Of a DNA stretch of 64,000 nt, positions 12,912 through 26,755 are shown one piece after another (the first letter of the stretch is position 1; the number at the start of each line of letters is the position of its first letter). The notes below the pieces were generated by a model. It was not told the origin of the DNA, made no database searches, and saw nothing but the letters and a program-made list of their open reading frames with translations. The translations under genes and the position numbers were made by a program. Origin of the DNA: Eledone cirrhosa (Eukaryota); contig OZ024740.1 of NCBI GenBank assembly GCA_964016885.1, positions 62,806,001 to 62,870,000 of the forward strand, in the 5' to 3' direction.

Positions 12912-12916
<5 letters not shown>
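11791..12916. mobile_element. Unclassified non-coding element: 645-bp unit, partial tandem repeat, and inverted segments
   Basis: tacctccggttggtgcgagcaacgg at about 11792 and 12437; inversion from about 12525; diverged copy at 15320-15790; (TA)n flanks. Confidence 0.65.
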
Positions 12917-12956
<40 letters not shown>

Positions 12957-13386
12957 AAAAAAAAAGGAAAAGAATAACTTCACTTGTAGTTCTAAATAAT
13001 TTGATTTAATTTTATAATATTATAATATTATGAGTTGGTAGATCTAGGAAGTTCTTTGTTAAGTTCGGTGGGAAGTATTTTAAAGGTTAACTTTCTTGGA
13101 GAACTTTCTCGCATTCGTCGGTGGCGGGGGCGATTGTCAAACTGAGATCAGGTTGTGTTGTGATGTGTCTGGGGTGTAGGGTGGGGTGTGGTGTTAACGA
13201 GTGGGAGTGAAGGAGTGTTGATGAAGATTTAAAGGAATTAAAGCAAACACACATACATACACATATATACACATATATACAGTATACACATACATACCCA
13301 TACACATATAAACACACACATATATATATATATATACACATTTATACATACACATGCATACATATATATAAATATATACTATATAT

Positions 13387-15247
13387 TTCGTTTCTGAATT
13401 TGTTTAGCAAGATTCTTTATCTGAAATCGTGTGTTGAAACCGATATTGTTATACTTTGGGAGGGTCATGTTGCCAATAAGAAACACACGCACCAGTCACT
13501 TTCACTTCAATTTATTATAATAAATTTATAAATTTAGGAATTTATAAATTTCCGGTTGGTTGGTTGGTTCCACAACCAGATGGTTGTTTATATATTGTCA
13601 AAGTTCTTTCGTCACACATTCTGTGACCTCTTCAGTGACTGGGGATTCTTTTCTTTGTTTTTGTGCCTCTCCCTTGTTCTGTCCTACGCCATCTTGTTTG
13701 TGTGTGTGTGTTGTGTGCTCAGTCTGCGCATGCACCACATCCGGGTGTCTGTGTGTGTTTATATTCGTTTATTTATTTGTTTATTTACATGTTACAGGTT
13801 GGTTGTTTGTTCTATGTGCGTGTGTGTTTTCATTTTGTCCTTAATTGTAAGTTGTGATGTTGCTGTTCCACTCATCTTTTCTATTTAATTTTGGTTGTAA
13901 TTCTTTTATGTTTATTGCCTCTATGATTTGTCTAAACATTGCATCTTTTCTGTGTGTAGATTCTATTTTTATTTCTATGTTCTCTAATTTACCCTTATGT
14001 TCTATTTTAGCATGTTGGTAGAGTACAGATGATTCTTTACTATCTTGAAGGTCTCGCCAGTGTTCATTTATCCGTTCCCCTACATTACGAGCTGTCTCAC
14101 CTATGTACACTATATTTTTGTCTCTACATTGTCCTTCAGTACATCTTATGCTATATACTACATTTCTAGTTTTACAGTTAATATGGGGGCTTAATTTACA
14201 GGTTACACATTTCTTATCTATACAGGGGGGTCTTTGAAAGGGTATGTCTTGCTAATAAGTGTTTTTATGGAGGTAACTGGTCTTTCTACTATCTTAATAT
14301 TGAGTTTATGTTTATCTAGGGCCCATCTAAATTTGTAAGCTAATTCACCTCTAGGGGTTGTATCGATGAACATTACACTCTGGTATTTATTCCTATCATA
14401 CCATGAGTTTATTCTATTAGCCTTATTCCTAGTTCTTTCTATTCTATTCCAAAATTTGCTCCTATACAAGGGGCAGGTCCCATTTGTGTCATTATTTACC
14501 ATTTTTTCCCATTTGGTTCTGGCTCCTCTATACACTCTGATTTGATCTCTCTGATTGTAACCAGAGAACTGCATACGGTGGATGAAGTGTTGTATGTGTC
14601 TCTCTAGTTCTTCGGGGTTGCACATGCGGGACACGTTTCTCATCACCCGTACCAAATCCGCAATCAGTATGTTGATTTTGGTATGGTCCGAAACAGTTGA
14701 GTTTCTGTGGATCAGATATTTGTAAGTCATGGGTTTGGCATAATGGGAATGGAGAATTTGTTTTTTGTTATTAATGGTATCTAACCAGAGCTCTGTGTCT
14801 AGTACAGGTAATTGATGGTTGGGGTGTTTACTTGGGTAGTCTATAGTAACTCTAATGCTCTGGTGGATGGAGTTAGCTATTTGCTGGATGCTTTCCATTG
14901 TGTTTTTCTCTAATTCCTGACTGTTCTCTAGTGGGGGTGTTTTAACTACGATGTTTATATCATCAACGTAGCGGGAGTACATTATCAGGGTTAAGGGGTC
15001 TTCTAATTAAGGGGTCTTCTAATTAGAACATGGGAGAGGCACAAAAACAAAGAAAAGAATCCCAGTCACTGAAGAGGTCACAGAATGTGTGACGAAAGAA
15101 CTTTGACAATATATAAACAACCATCTGGTTGTGGAACCAACCAACTGGAAATTTATAAATTCCTAAATTTATAAATGTATTATAATAAATTGAAGTGAAA
15201 CACTGGTGCGTGTGTTTCTTATTGGCAACATGACCCTCCCAAAGTAT

Positions 15248-15252
<5 letters not shown>
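13387..15252 (-). mobile_element. Penelope-like element (family 2), 5'-truncated, with inverted pLTR at 15030-15252
   Basis: ORFs 14218-14982 (YSRYVDDI, thumb/linker) and 13841-14110 (YIGETARNVGERINEH, GIY-YIG). HHRs at 13597-13639 (-) and 15065-15107 (+). Confidence 0.9.
15065..15107 (+). ncRNA. Type I hammerhead ribozyme of PLE family 2 pLTR (also 13597-13639 -, 62195-62237 -; G5A-decayed copy 60292-60334 +)
   Basis: gtca-CTGAAGA-g-gtcaca(gaatg)tgtgac-GAAA-gaac-TT-tgac. Confidence 0.8.
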
Positions 15253-15309
<57 letters not shown>

Positions 15310-15784
15310 ATATATATATTACTGCTTCCCTGCTCTCTCTGTTTCTTCCACCTTATTTCGCCCCCTCTGTCAGTTACACTTTCTCTCAACTGGCCACTTC
15401 CACTCACTCACTCTCTGTTTCTCCCCTTCTCACTTCCTCCCGTTTGGCCTGTGTGGGTTCTCTTCTTGCTCACATCTCACTCACGTCAGATGGTCTGTAT
15501 TACGCTCGCTCATGAAATCCATCCAGCTTAAGCTGACCGGATTACCCTGTTGCTTGTTTTTTCCTATCTTTGCGTTGCTATCAATCCTTCTTGTTTGTTT
15601 ACTTGTCTCGCCCGCTTTACGCGATTTACTTATCCCAATAGCTTTATTTAGCTATTGCTCGCACCAACTGGAGGTATATGATTTTTAAAGCGATGAAATA
15701 CCAATGAAGGTTGGAAAATCACTGACGAAGGACTATTTTTATCATATGTAACCCATGTGCAACCACGCAGTATTCTTTCTTCTC

Positions 15785-15879
<95 letters not shown>

Positions 15880-16019
15880 CTCACATACACACGCACATAT
15901 ATTCATATACACACACACATGCACACATACATATACACATGTACACACATATCTGTACACCTACAGACGTACATACAAACACATATACACACACATATAT
16001 GTACACACATCTACTCAAG

Positions 16020-17855
16020 TATTTAATTTCACATATACATTGGGGTGAGGAAGGGGGATTTAATGAAATGTTAGTGTACCTCTGAGGGTTTTTCTTCTCT
16101 TCAACGATCGAATGTTTGAAAGTACGGGTATCATCAACTTCTATTTAGATATTTTTCTTTTCAATATGAGATTTTTTAAAGTAAAGAGAGAGAGGGAGAA
16201 TCCCGTTATTTGAAGATGGATTATCATTGTTTTTTTTGTGTTCAGAAGTGGTTTGTACTTTCTAATAAAGAATTCTTCTTCATATTTTCGGAAATGTTCG
16301 TCGTCCGACTATATGTTAAAGAAGGGGAACATTGTGAATTTTTTCTTTCCGCATGTTGCGAAGTGTTCACCGCATGTGGTGTTTCTGACAGAGGGGGTCT
16401 CTAATTTGTTGTTTATGTACTCTAATTCTGTCATGTAGACCCGTTCCGGTTTCACCAATGTAGTATTCTTTACATTGTGGGCAGGTTGCACAGTAAATCA
16501 AGTTTTTGGTTTTGCAATTCATGTTTGCATTAACTGTGAAAACTGCTTCATCTTCTGGAATAGAAGCCAAGAAGACCTGCAAAGATTCCATTCCATCATA
16601 AACAATCTTCACGAAGAAATAAAATTCACCATGGAATGTAATAAAAAGGAACTACCGTTTCTGGATATCCTTATCATTAGGGGAAAATATCGAAACAGAC
16701 TTATTTTACAAACCAACAGACACACACCAATGCTTGAATTTCCGATCAGCACATCCCCCATATACCAAAAGGAACATTCCCTTTAATATGGCAATACCCA
16801 TCTGCACCATAGTAACACACCCCACACTACAGGAAAAAAGATTATATGAACTAAAACGGTTCCTTAAAAGACAAGAATATCCGGTGAACCTCATCAGCAC
16901 AGCCATCTCCAAAGCCCAGAACATCCCAGTGACAACACTGAGAAAAACAAAGCAACAAAATAAAATGGAAAAAACAGTTATCCCTTTCGTCATCACTCAC
17001 AATCCAAGGAACTTTAACATTGTGAAAGCCGCTAAACAATATCTCCCGGATCTCCAGCAGTCCCCTAAAATGAATGCACTCATAAAAGACGCACAAATAA
17101 TATATAGTAGACGCCAAGCACCCAACCTAAAAAAACTGTTTACCAAGGCAAAATTTACGTCTAATAATTGTTTCTACTTTAGGCACAAGGCCAGCAATTC
17201 ACCAGTGCATTACTGGTACTTTATTTTATCGACCCCGTAAAATTTACGTCTAATAATGAAGCAATGCAAGTTAAGAAATGCAGAACTTGCGAACTCATTA
17301 AAGAGGGTAGGCAAATCTCCTTTAAAAAGAACCAGTTTTTCACAGTTAATGCAAACATGAATTGCAAAACCAAAAACTTGATTTACTGTGCAACCTGCCC
17401 ACAATGTAAAGAATACTACATTGGTGAAACCGGAACGGGTCTACATGACATAATTTGAGTACATAAACAACAAATTAGAGGCCCCCTCTGTCAGAAACAC
17501 CACATGCGGTGAACACTTAGCAACATGCGGAAAGGGAAAATTCACAATTTTCCCCTTCTTTAACATATAGTCGGACGACGATCATTTCAAAAAATATAAA
17601 GAAGAATTCTTTATTAGAAAGTACAAACTACTACTGAACAAAAAAAAAACAAAAAAAAAACAATGATAATCCATCTTCAAATAACGGGATTCTCCCTCTC
17701 TCTCTTTACTTTAAAAAATCTCATATTGAAAAGAAAAATATCTAAATAGAAGTTGATGATACCCGTACTTTCAAACATTCGATCGCTGAAGAGAAGAAAA
17801 ACCCTCAGAGGTACACTAACATTTCATTAAATCCCCCTTCCTCACCCCAATGTAT
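16020..17855 (+). mobile_element. Penelope-like element (family 3) fragment with 5' inverted duplication of the EN/3' end
   Basis: + strand: IKFTMECNKKELPFLDILI, HPPYTKRNIPFNMA, IPFVITHNP, NLIYCATCPQCKEYYIGETG. 16020-16547 is the inverse of about 17330-17855. Confidence 0.88.
17169..17238 (-). mobile_element. 70-bp SINE 3' stub inserted in the PLE ORF with a 19-bp target-site duplication
   Basis: aaaatttacgtctaataat at 17150-17168 and 17239-17257 flanks SINE 3' sequence. Confidence 0.85.
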
Positions 17856-17987
17856 ATGTATACTTGAGTAGATGTATGTACATATATGTGTGTGTAGATG
17901 TGTTTGTATGTATGTCTGTAGGTGTACAGATATGTATGTATGCATGTGTGTGTATATATATGAATATATGTGTATGTATCTGCGTGT

Positions 17988-18102
<115 letters not shown>

Positions 18103-18154
18103 ATATATATACATATATATATATATATATGTATGCATGTGTATGTATATATGT

Positions 18155-18190
<36 letters not shown>

Positions 18191-19068
18191 TTATATGTGT
18201 ATGTATATATATATATACATGCATGTATATATGTGTATGTATGTGTGTGCGTATGTGTATGCAAGTGTATATATGTGTGTACGTATGTATGTAATATATA
18301 TGGGCTGTAAGTATATTTACATATAGGGAAGTGAATATGTGAGCTAGCATGTCCCCCCCACACTTCCCCTCCAAACCAATATCAACAACATACATTTCTG
18401 ACAAATATTCCAAAACTATCCTTATTCTTCTCTTTACTGTCATCCCATTCTTATCAAGAGACATCTACCTTACACCTCATTAAACCCACCACCACCACCA
18501 CCACCACCACCAGACACGCACCTAAATTCATCTTGAATATAGAGAATTGTTGAAGGTATTCTTAATAAATTTAAGAGAGTTGATTCAGCTATAAGAAACA
18601 CATTTGAAAAACATTCTGCCATTATATTCATCAAAGGTCATTTATTGAAATGGAACCAGCAGGAGGGGACTTTTACAGTTCCTTTCTTAAAGACTCTTAT
18701 CTTGCTGTCAACTGGCACCATTTTCGGTGTATATATGTACATGTGTTTATGTGTGTGTGTGTTTCTTTAATTCCTTTAAATCTTCATCAACACTCCTTTA
18801 CTCCCACACTCATTAACCCTCCCCCCTCCACTACCACCAGACACATCCAAATCTCTTTTATATAGAGAATTACACATCACAACACAACCTGATCTCAGTT
18901 TGACAATCGCCTCCGCCACTGACGAATGCGAGAAAGTTCTCCAAGATAGTTAACCAGGAATCTAGATCTACCAACTCATAATATTATAATAATATAAAAT
19001 TAAATCAAATTATTTAGAACTACAAGTGAAGTCATTCTTTTTCTTTTTTTAAAATATATATATATATA

Positions 19069-19246
19069 TAACGAAGGAAATGTGGTAAGGAACCAGGTGG
19101 ACCATAACACACCAAAGTACTCGTTACTTGAGGTAGTAGAGTGGGTAATAGGAACCAGTAAGACCCCGACAGCTGAGCTCAAGCCGTTTCGACGGCGAAT
19201 TAGCCGTCGAAACGGCTAGAGCTCAGCTGTCGGGGTCTTACTGGTT

Positions 19247-19251
<5 letters not shown>
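19069..19251 (-). mobile_element. Half-hammerhead foldback family, copy 2
   Basis: About 100-bp near-perfect palindrome 19148-19251 plus the family tail. Confidence 0.75.
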
Positions 19252-19281
<30 letters not shown>

Positions 19282-19283
<2 letters not shown>

Positions 19284-19620
19284 GAGTTCCCCGGGGCCGA
19301 GCCTTGCTCTTTCTTAAGCTCACCCAGACCTCACTCATAACAAGCCGGTGGTCACTACACAGTGTACTGAAATAGCTGTATGGTTCCGTGTTCAGAACAC
19401 TATTCCGCCACTTTTTCCTCACCAGAATGAAATCAATCTGGGACTTGGACAGGTGCATATCTGAGATGTAGGTCCACATCTTCCCCAGATTCTTCCTAAA
19501 CCTTAGGTTGGTCGCCATCAAGTTCGCCTCCAGCAGGGTGTGTCTCAGTTGGAGACGCAGGACATGGCAGCGATAATGAGGGACAGAGACCGCTGGAGAG
19601 AACTCGTCCATGGATCTCGG
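19282..19620 (-). pseudogene. LINE (RTE-like) apurinic endonuclease fragment
   Basis: NLRFRK..GKMWTY...SQIDFILVRKKWRNSV....SDHRLV (APE C-terminal motifs). Confidence 0.75.
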
Positions 19621-20195
19621 GAATTTTACCCGCCTTAGATAGATAGATATATAGATATATATATGTATACATCAATTGTCAAGTCAAGAGTACTCAAACT
19701 ATACGGTCATATAAAATGATCAACTCGTGGTGTGAGTAGGTTATGCCTGGAAGGAAGGTTGGCTGGTAGGGAAGCAGAGGGTGGCAGCCAAAACGATGGC
19801 TTGATAATGTCATCTTAAGGACTGGACTTGATCTTTGCTCTTTGACCTCTGCTGCTGGTGATCGAACTTTGTGGATAAAAATATCTCGTGTTAATACGCA
19901 GTCTGCATCTGGCGGAGTTTAGCGTCTTTTATTTGTGTGACCCAAATTACTTGGTCGTTTCTTTGACTGTGCGGATGTTTGTTTAACCATCGTCTCAGTG
20001 TGTTTGGACTTTAACGTATGTTGTAGCTCTGGTTCATCTGAATCATCGAGCGCTTGCCACACATCTCGGAAGTTGTTTTTCGTTAATTCCTAAGCCGAAA
20101 TACGATTCTCGTTAATTTATATATATATGTATATATATATATATATATATTGTTATACTTTGGGAGGGTCATGTTGCTAAACAAATTCAGAAACG

Positions 20196-20275
<80 letters not shown>

Positions 20276-21259
20276 CAGATTAAAGTTTAAGCAAAGAGTC
20301 GCTGCTTTCACCCTTAACGGGATCTTCTGAAACTAACAAAGTCAACCTGTAAACGCAGAACTGGATATTTCAAAAAACGTTGCAACCGGAGGAAGACAGG
20401 AAGACGATACTTTGGTTCGTGGTAACGTTCGTTGGCAAAGAACGGGAAAAAACGAATAATACGTCATTAATAGGAGCGGTGAAAAACAATTACGCGCAAA
20501 GACAGAACCACGTTTATGGTATAAAAGAGGTCGTAGACTAATGTTCTCTAAGTGGTGCATAGAGACGTTCTCTGGCAATGAACGAAAAAAACGAAGATAA
20601 TAAGTCATATGTGGATCGTGGAGAACAATAGCACGCAAAGACAAAACCACGTAAACGGTATAGCAGAAGTTGTAGACTAAAATTCTAACTAGGAGACCGA
20701 ATGAATCTCCGCTACAGAGTTAACAAAGTAAATAAATACAATACAGAAGTAATAGAAACAAATAAATACATACACGCAAACAGATACGTACATACACAAG
20801 CATACGCAAAACCTTACCATAGGTATACAAAACCACGCACATATAAATATGTGTATGTGTGTATGCTTGTGTACAAATAAATAAATAATTATATAAACGT
20901 ATATAAGTAAATAAATACGTATATAACAAGCGCACACACATACCTACAAATAAATACACGAAGGTTCGGAGACGTAAATCAACTAAAACAAGAAGTACAC
21001 ATATACACACACCCGCCATACGTACGAACCTGCATACTCACGCAGACGCAAAACTCCCATATACACATAACCAAACCCTAAATACCAGAATATCTAAAAA
21101 TTATACGCCATAACAGTCAAATATACGTACGAGAAGGTATACATACCTTCACAAAACATACGGGTAATATATACTTACCTATGCAAATAAGTAAAGGAAT
21201 AAACAAAACATATACTTAGCTCCCACATCAAGACGTAAAATATCCACGTATAGATCGTG

Positions 21260-23055
21260 CTATCCGTTAGGGTATAACGTGGGGCTGTAATGCAGGAAAG
21301 TTTCGTGCAATTTATGTTTACAAGCCGAAATTGCCTCAGATTTTTTGTTTAAGAAGTGGTCCGTGGCGTAGAGTATTTCCAGGGCCTCAGCGGCGCAGAG
21401 GTCACATGGTCTTTTATTTCGGTTATACGATCTAGCCCTAGCTAGGATCTCCCAGTGTAACTTATATTGGGTGTGGTTGTCTTTTAGGCTCCAGATATAA
21501 GCTGAAAGTGACGTCATATTCCTTCTTAGAGGGTAACGAAAAGAATGGGTATGCATGTAAAGACGCTGCTTGAAACTATTGGCGATTAACCCTATGTAAG
21601 CCCTACGGGACGTGGGTGTTACAACCTTACATTTGTAGACAATGTTACTAGAGAGGCATTTCCCGGATAGGGGACAATCAGCCCTATTCCTACAATTACA
21701 GTTAGTACTAACTACAGGGTTGCACGTGTTCCTACGGCTAGGTAGTTTAGCTAAATTTGAAGCTGTGATGTTATGTGCAAGGTTAGGAGTCGTAGAGTAA
21801 GAAACTTTAATAGTGTTTCTATTAAAAATGTTACTATATTTATGTGTAGGGGGAAAATGCTTCGTAATAAGGGAAAGAAAGATCTTAGCTAATGGTGTGG
21901 CCACCTCCATATTATATGGTGGGTTAAACCAACAAATGCGACGGGATCTATTTCTTCTAGGTCTATTCTCGTACTCTGTATATGCTACCTTATCGACAAA
22001 TCCACTTCGAGCAAGAGCTTCATTGTAATAAGTGGAATGGTCGTTGAAAATGCGCTCGTTGGTGGAAAGACGGGAAAGCCTCAACGAAACGTTTTTTACC
22101 AGGTTCTTGGTTATGCTGGCAGGATGGTTGGAATGCTTACTTATGTAATTAAGCGTATCATTCGGCTTTCTATACGGGTAATACAACCCATTCAATAAAT
22201 TGAGGGTAACGTCGAGGTAATTAACGACCGAGAGATTGGCCTCAACTTGTATAGAGAGGTTGAAGCCTTTAAAGAAGGCTGTGAGTTTTTTTCTGAATCT
22301 GTCGCAAGCACGAGGTCCGCACTTAGTCATGGTCAAAAGACCATCGTCACGGTACAAACCACCGCCCGCGTTGGGGAATTCGTCCTTGATAGAGAAAGGA
22401 AGGAAAAGGCCAATAAGATCAATAACCTCCGCAGAGTCACTGGCGCCTATACTCACGTCGAATGGGGTACTATTGGATTTTTTAATCCAAATAGAGTCGT
22501 CAAAATTAATCACCGACTTTCGGGCATTAAGGATGACATCAACTTCGAAATCCTTAACCACTGTGAGTCTTTTAGCGAAATTGATAGCTCTAAGGAGAAG
22601 TGGTAAAGTGATGGAGGAGTAGTAATTGTTGATGTCGAATTGGATAAAACGGCAATGTTCCTTGTTACATATGCCGTTGAACCAATCAATCACCGCGAAA
22701 GAATTGTTCCACAGTGCGAGAGGGGCCAAACTTCTAATTTCAGGTATAATTCTATCAAGAATCGTTTTACTAAGTCTACCTAAATCGGACTTCGTAGGGT
22801 TAATAAGCCGAATAGAGGGGTTGTTCGGAAAATTGGATTTGTGATCCTTCAGGGTAAAGTGGGGAGAGATAGGGTCCAGAGGTTCGGTCCGGTCCAGGAT
22901 GTTGAGATCAGATGTGATTTTAAACCCAGCATCGTTGATTTCATTGATGACACACCGATTAGTTTTACGGTAATCCTTAGTTACAGCATTATGTAGTAGT
23001 TGATGGTAAGTACTGCGCTCCACTTGATATAGGTTGCCAGTTTTGTCGGAGAACG
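21260..23055 (-). CDS. PLE RT + GIY-YIG polyprotein, open but N-terminally truncated
   Basis: 613-aa ORF without internal stops; its first residues derive from the inverted pLTR junction. Confidence 0.8.
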
Positions 23056-23146
23056 TCACCATGAACCAAAGTATCGTCTTCTTGTCTTCCTCCGGTTGCA
23101 ACGTTTTTTGAAATATCCAGTTCTGCGTTTACAGATTGACTTTGTT

Positions 23147-23197
23147 AGTTTCAGAAGATCCCGTTAAGGGTGAAAGCAGCGATTCTTTGCTTAAACT
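23147..23197 (+). ncRNA. Hammerhead-like motif with CAGAAGA core (also 20284-20334 -, 23232-23282 +, 32613-32663 +)
   Basis: agttt-CAGAAGA-tccc(gttaa)gggt-GAAA-gca(gcgattctt)tgc-TT-aaact. Confidence 0.7.
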
Positions 23198-23393
23198 TTA
23201 ATCTGTTATTTTAATAAATATATATATATAAAGTTTCAGAAGATCCTCTTAAGTGTGAAAGCAGCGATTGTTTGCTTAAACTTTAATCTATTATTTTAAT
23301 AAATATTTGCTCTACGGTTTTTATATATATTTATATATATATTATCCTTATCCAGCCCTCTGCGGATTTTAGTCTTCCCATTTATTATTATTA

Positions 23394-23515
<122 letters not shown>

Positions 23516-23877
23516 CCTGTCAACCTATAAAAACCCAAGCGACGAGTACCATGAAAAAAATGCCCCAAAACGGGGAGAAATGAGACAAGATGAGGAGATT
23601 TTACATGAAAGCTATACCCCTTTTCACAATATAAGACCACCAAAGTGGGTCGGAAATCTCCCCTGATGCACAAACCCACCTTTATAACTATAAAACACCA
23701 GGGCAGACTCAAAGAAGAGGATGTTTCGCCCGAACCATAACGCCCCAGGGCTTGTCAACAGGTGTAAAGACGATATGGACTGCACTACTAAAGAGACTTT
23801 AGCTAACTGAATCGCACGTGGAGAGAGAACGAAATCACGGGGATTAACGCGAGTCTTTAACTCCAATTTTTCATTTG

Positions 23878-23997
<120 letters not shown>

Positions 23998-24131
23998 TCC
24001 ACTTTTCTAAAAAATAAATCATAAACAAAACGCCAGCATCTCAACATGAATGGACCTGTTATTTTTATCTAAAGATATTTTTTCTAATTCTAACCGGCCC
24101 GTCCCTTCAATCTATCTTATTTCTCATTCTT

Positions 24132-24167
24132 TCTTCTAATGAAGGACTAGCGTCCGAAACGTTAAGA
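24132..24167 (+). ncRNA. Decayed minimal hammerhead (G5A) in an orphan pLTR remnant, 23996-24250
   Basis: tctt-CTAATGA-a-ggac(tagc)gtcc-GAAA-cg-TT-aaga. Confidence 0.6.
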
Positions 24168-24247
24168 CCCTTTTCCTGCTATTTCAAGAGTTAACCTCAT
24201 TCCTTCCATACACTGTACCGATTGTGTTGTTATTTCTGTTTACCTAT

Positions 24248-24338
<91 letters not shown>

Positions 24339-24599
24339 ATACTTGGGGAGGGTCATATTGTTGTAATACTATTGCCAGAAATAATAACAGAACACACTCA
24401 CTATTTGGTTGCTTTTCGCTTCTGTATCTTTTATATCTCCATAGTTAATTTATTTGGCAATCAATGTTTATCATTGATTGACCAACGCTCAAAAATACAG
24501 ATATAAATATATATATAGTCTAACAAGGTCCTTTGGCTGCACATCGGCAACATCATCAGTAGTACTATTATCATGTTTCCTCCTATTGTATTGTATTGT

Positions 24600-25430
24600 A
24601 ATGCCTCAGACTCGGACTCAGAAGCTCCCGTGTCTTGCGACGCATGAGGCACTCATAGTTTTCCACCGCGTTCGGTCAGCAGCCAGTTGCACAGCGTCCC
24701 GCCAATGTCTGTTTGTCGCTCGCAGGTCCCTCTCAACTGTCTGGCGCCAGTTCATTTTGGGCCGCCCTCTCCGTCTGCTTCCATGTGGGTTCCATTTAAG
24801 TACTTGGTTCGCCAGTCTCTCCGGGGGAAGTCTCAAAGCGTGCCCAAACCAACCGAGGCGTTGCTTGCAGATGGCAGAAGAGACCAGCTGCTGGTTGGTG
24901 CGATTCCTGACTTCCTGGTTTGTTACATGGTCACTCCATTTAATCCCCAGGATCTTTCACAGACACCTGGAATCGAATGCGTCCAATTCCTTCGCTTGGC
25001 TGGTCTTAAAGTGCCATGTTTCACTTCCGTACAAGAGTGTGGACAGCACGTTGCTGTTGTAGAATCTCATCTTTGTTTTGAGGGTGAACTTCCTGCTCTT
25101 CCAGATCTTGACAAGCTGGTTAAATGCTGCTGAAGCCTTTCCCATTCTACATTGCAATTCACTGTCCATGGCGCCCCCATTGTCAATGGAGCTTCCTAGG
25201 TAGGTGAAGTTGTCCACTATCTCCACCTCCCCCTGTTCAATGAAAACACTAGATGGTGATGGGTGTGTCCCAGATAACATGCTTTTGGTCTTCTTAGCAC
25301 TGATATTGAGACCTAAGCTTCCTGCTTCGACATTGATATTGTTCATAATGATTTGCAGGTCAGCTGTGCTCTCTGCAAGTGCAACAATATCGTCCGCAAA
25401 GTCCAAGTCAGACAACTTTGTAATGCCTGC
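24600..25430 (-). pseudogene. RTE-clade LINE 3' fragment
   Basis: LSDLDFADDIVALAES..GLNISAKKTK..VDNFTYLGS..NSNVLSTLLYGSETW; then RLPPERLANQVLKWNPHGSRRRGRPKMNW. Confidence 0.9.
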
Positions 25431-25447
25431 GCCATTTTTATTTTATC

Positions 25448-25518
<71 letters not shown>

Positions 25519-26755
25519 CAAGAAAGTAAGTGTTGGTAAAATCCAGTACTTCAGTATGCGGATAGGGAGGCACTCAACGAAGATATAAGTTCCGGAGTTA
25601 TAAAACAGAAGGGCCGACTTATTCGGTGCTTGCAGATACCTAAAGACGGGAAATTTCCTCAAGCTCTATGGATAAACCCTGGTTACGGCCTCTCACAACG
25701 CCCCCTCTCCTCTCTGTAGGTCCCCTACACCCAGTACCAATGACCAATGGACAACAACAACCACCCATAGTTTGTAGTCCCTATGGTCGATGGTCCACCG
25801 GATCCTCTACTGGTTAGGAGTCATCTAAACCACGTTTTATTGAACCTGATTTTATATATATGTGTATATATATATTATATGTATATATATATTTTATATG
25901 TGTATATATGTGTATTTTATATATATGTATGTATAGGTATGTATATATTTTATATATATATGTATATGTATGTGTATTTTATATATATGTATGTATGCTT
26001 TATGTGTGTATAGATTTTATGTATGTGTGTATTTTATGTATATATTATTTTTTATATTTTGATATGTATGTATTTTCTGTGTGTATATATATATATTATA
26101 TATATATATATGTATGCTTGTGTATACATACATGCATGCATGTATATATGTACACACCTGTATGGATTTGCGTGTGTAGATGTGTGTGTGTCTGAGGGGG
26201 TAGGTGTGAGTGTATGTACAAGTCAACCAACATAAACCTTTTATTTCTAAATTTCTAAACTATCTAAGTATTTGACTCTAACCCTTATATTAAGTATTAC
26301 CACCCCATATTTTGTATGTGTGGATGTGTGTGTCTGTGGAGGAGGGTGTGAGTGTAGTGCAAGCCAACCTACATAAGTCTTTTTATTTGTAAATTTTCTA
26401 CTCCAACCATAATTTTCAGTAGCACCACTCCACATAAATTCCTCAATTTAAGAATGACCTGTAGTATCTATTTCATACTATTAACCTTAATTGAATATAT
26501 ATCTGACCAGGAATGCTTTTTGTGAAAATCAGTCATATGGAACTATTGTCATCTTGCCTGACGGTTTGAACTTTACAACACCACCTGCCTATTTGAGGTC
26601 AAATACCAACCCTACTAGCATCTACAAACTGACCAATGAGAATTAAGACTATTCCTGCTGACAACATTAAATTATTCCTAACGAGCTCATATGTCCCAAG
26701 GCTCTGATACCATCAACACTATAAACACAGAGCTGGCATATTTAAGGACTGACTA

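Larger units (their letters stand above)
20268..23295 (-). mobile_element. Penelope-like element, probably Naiad clade; 5'-truncated with inverted pLTR pieces at about 23060-23295
   Basis: ORF 21260-23101: DKT motif, FDINNYY, LYRDDGL, CNC..CPLSGKCL, IVYKCKV..YIGL, CDLC..E. 3' pLTR 20268-21259; HHR-like motifs. Confidence 0.9.

Noticed and set aside
19680-20110. Additional RTE 3' remnant on the + strand
   Set aside because: Only weak similarity (LEGR..GR...AAGDRTLW) across broken frames; too degraded to call.
21260-23101. Selenocysteine-coding Naiad PLE
   Set aside because: Some Naiad elements use in-frame UGA, but this ORF and 28842-29381 have none at Cys positions.
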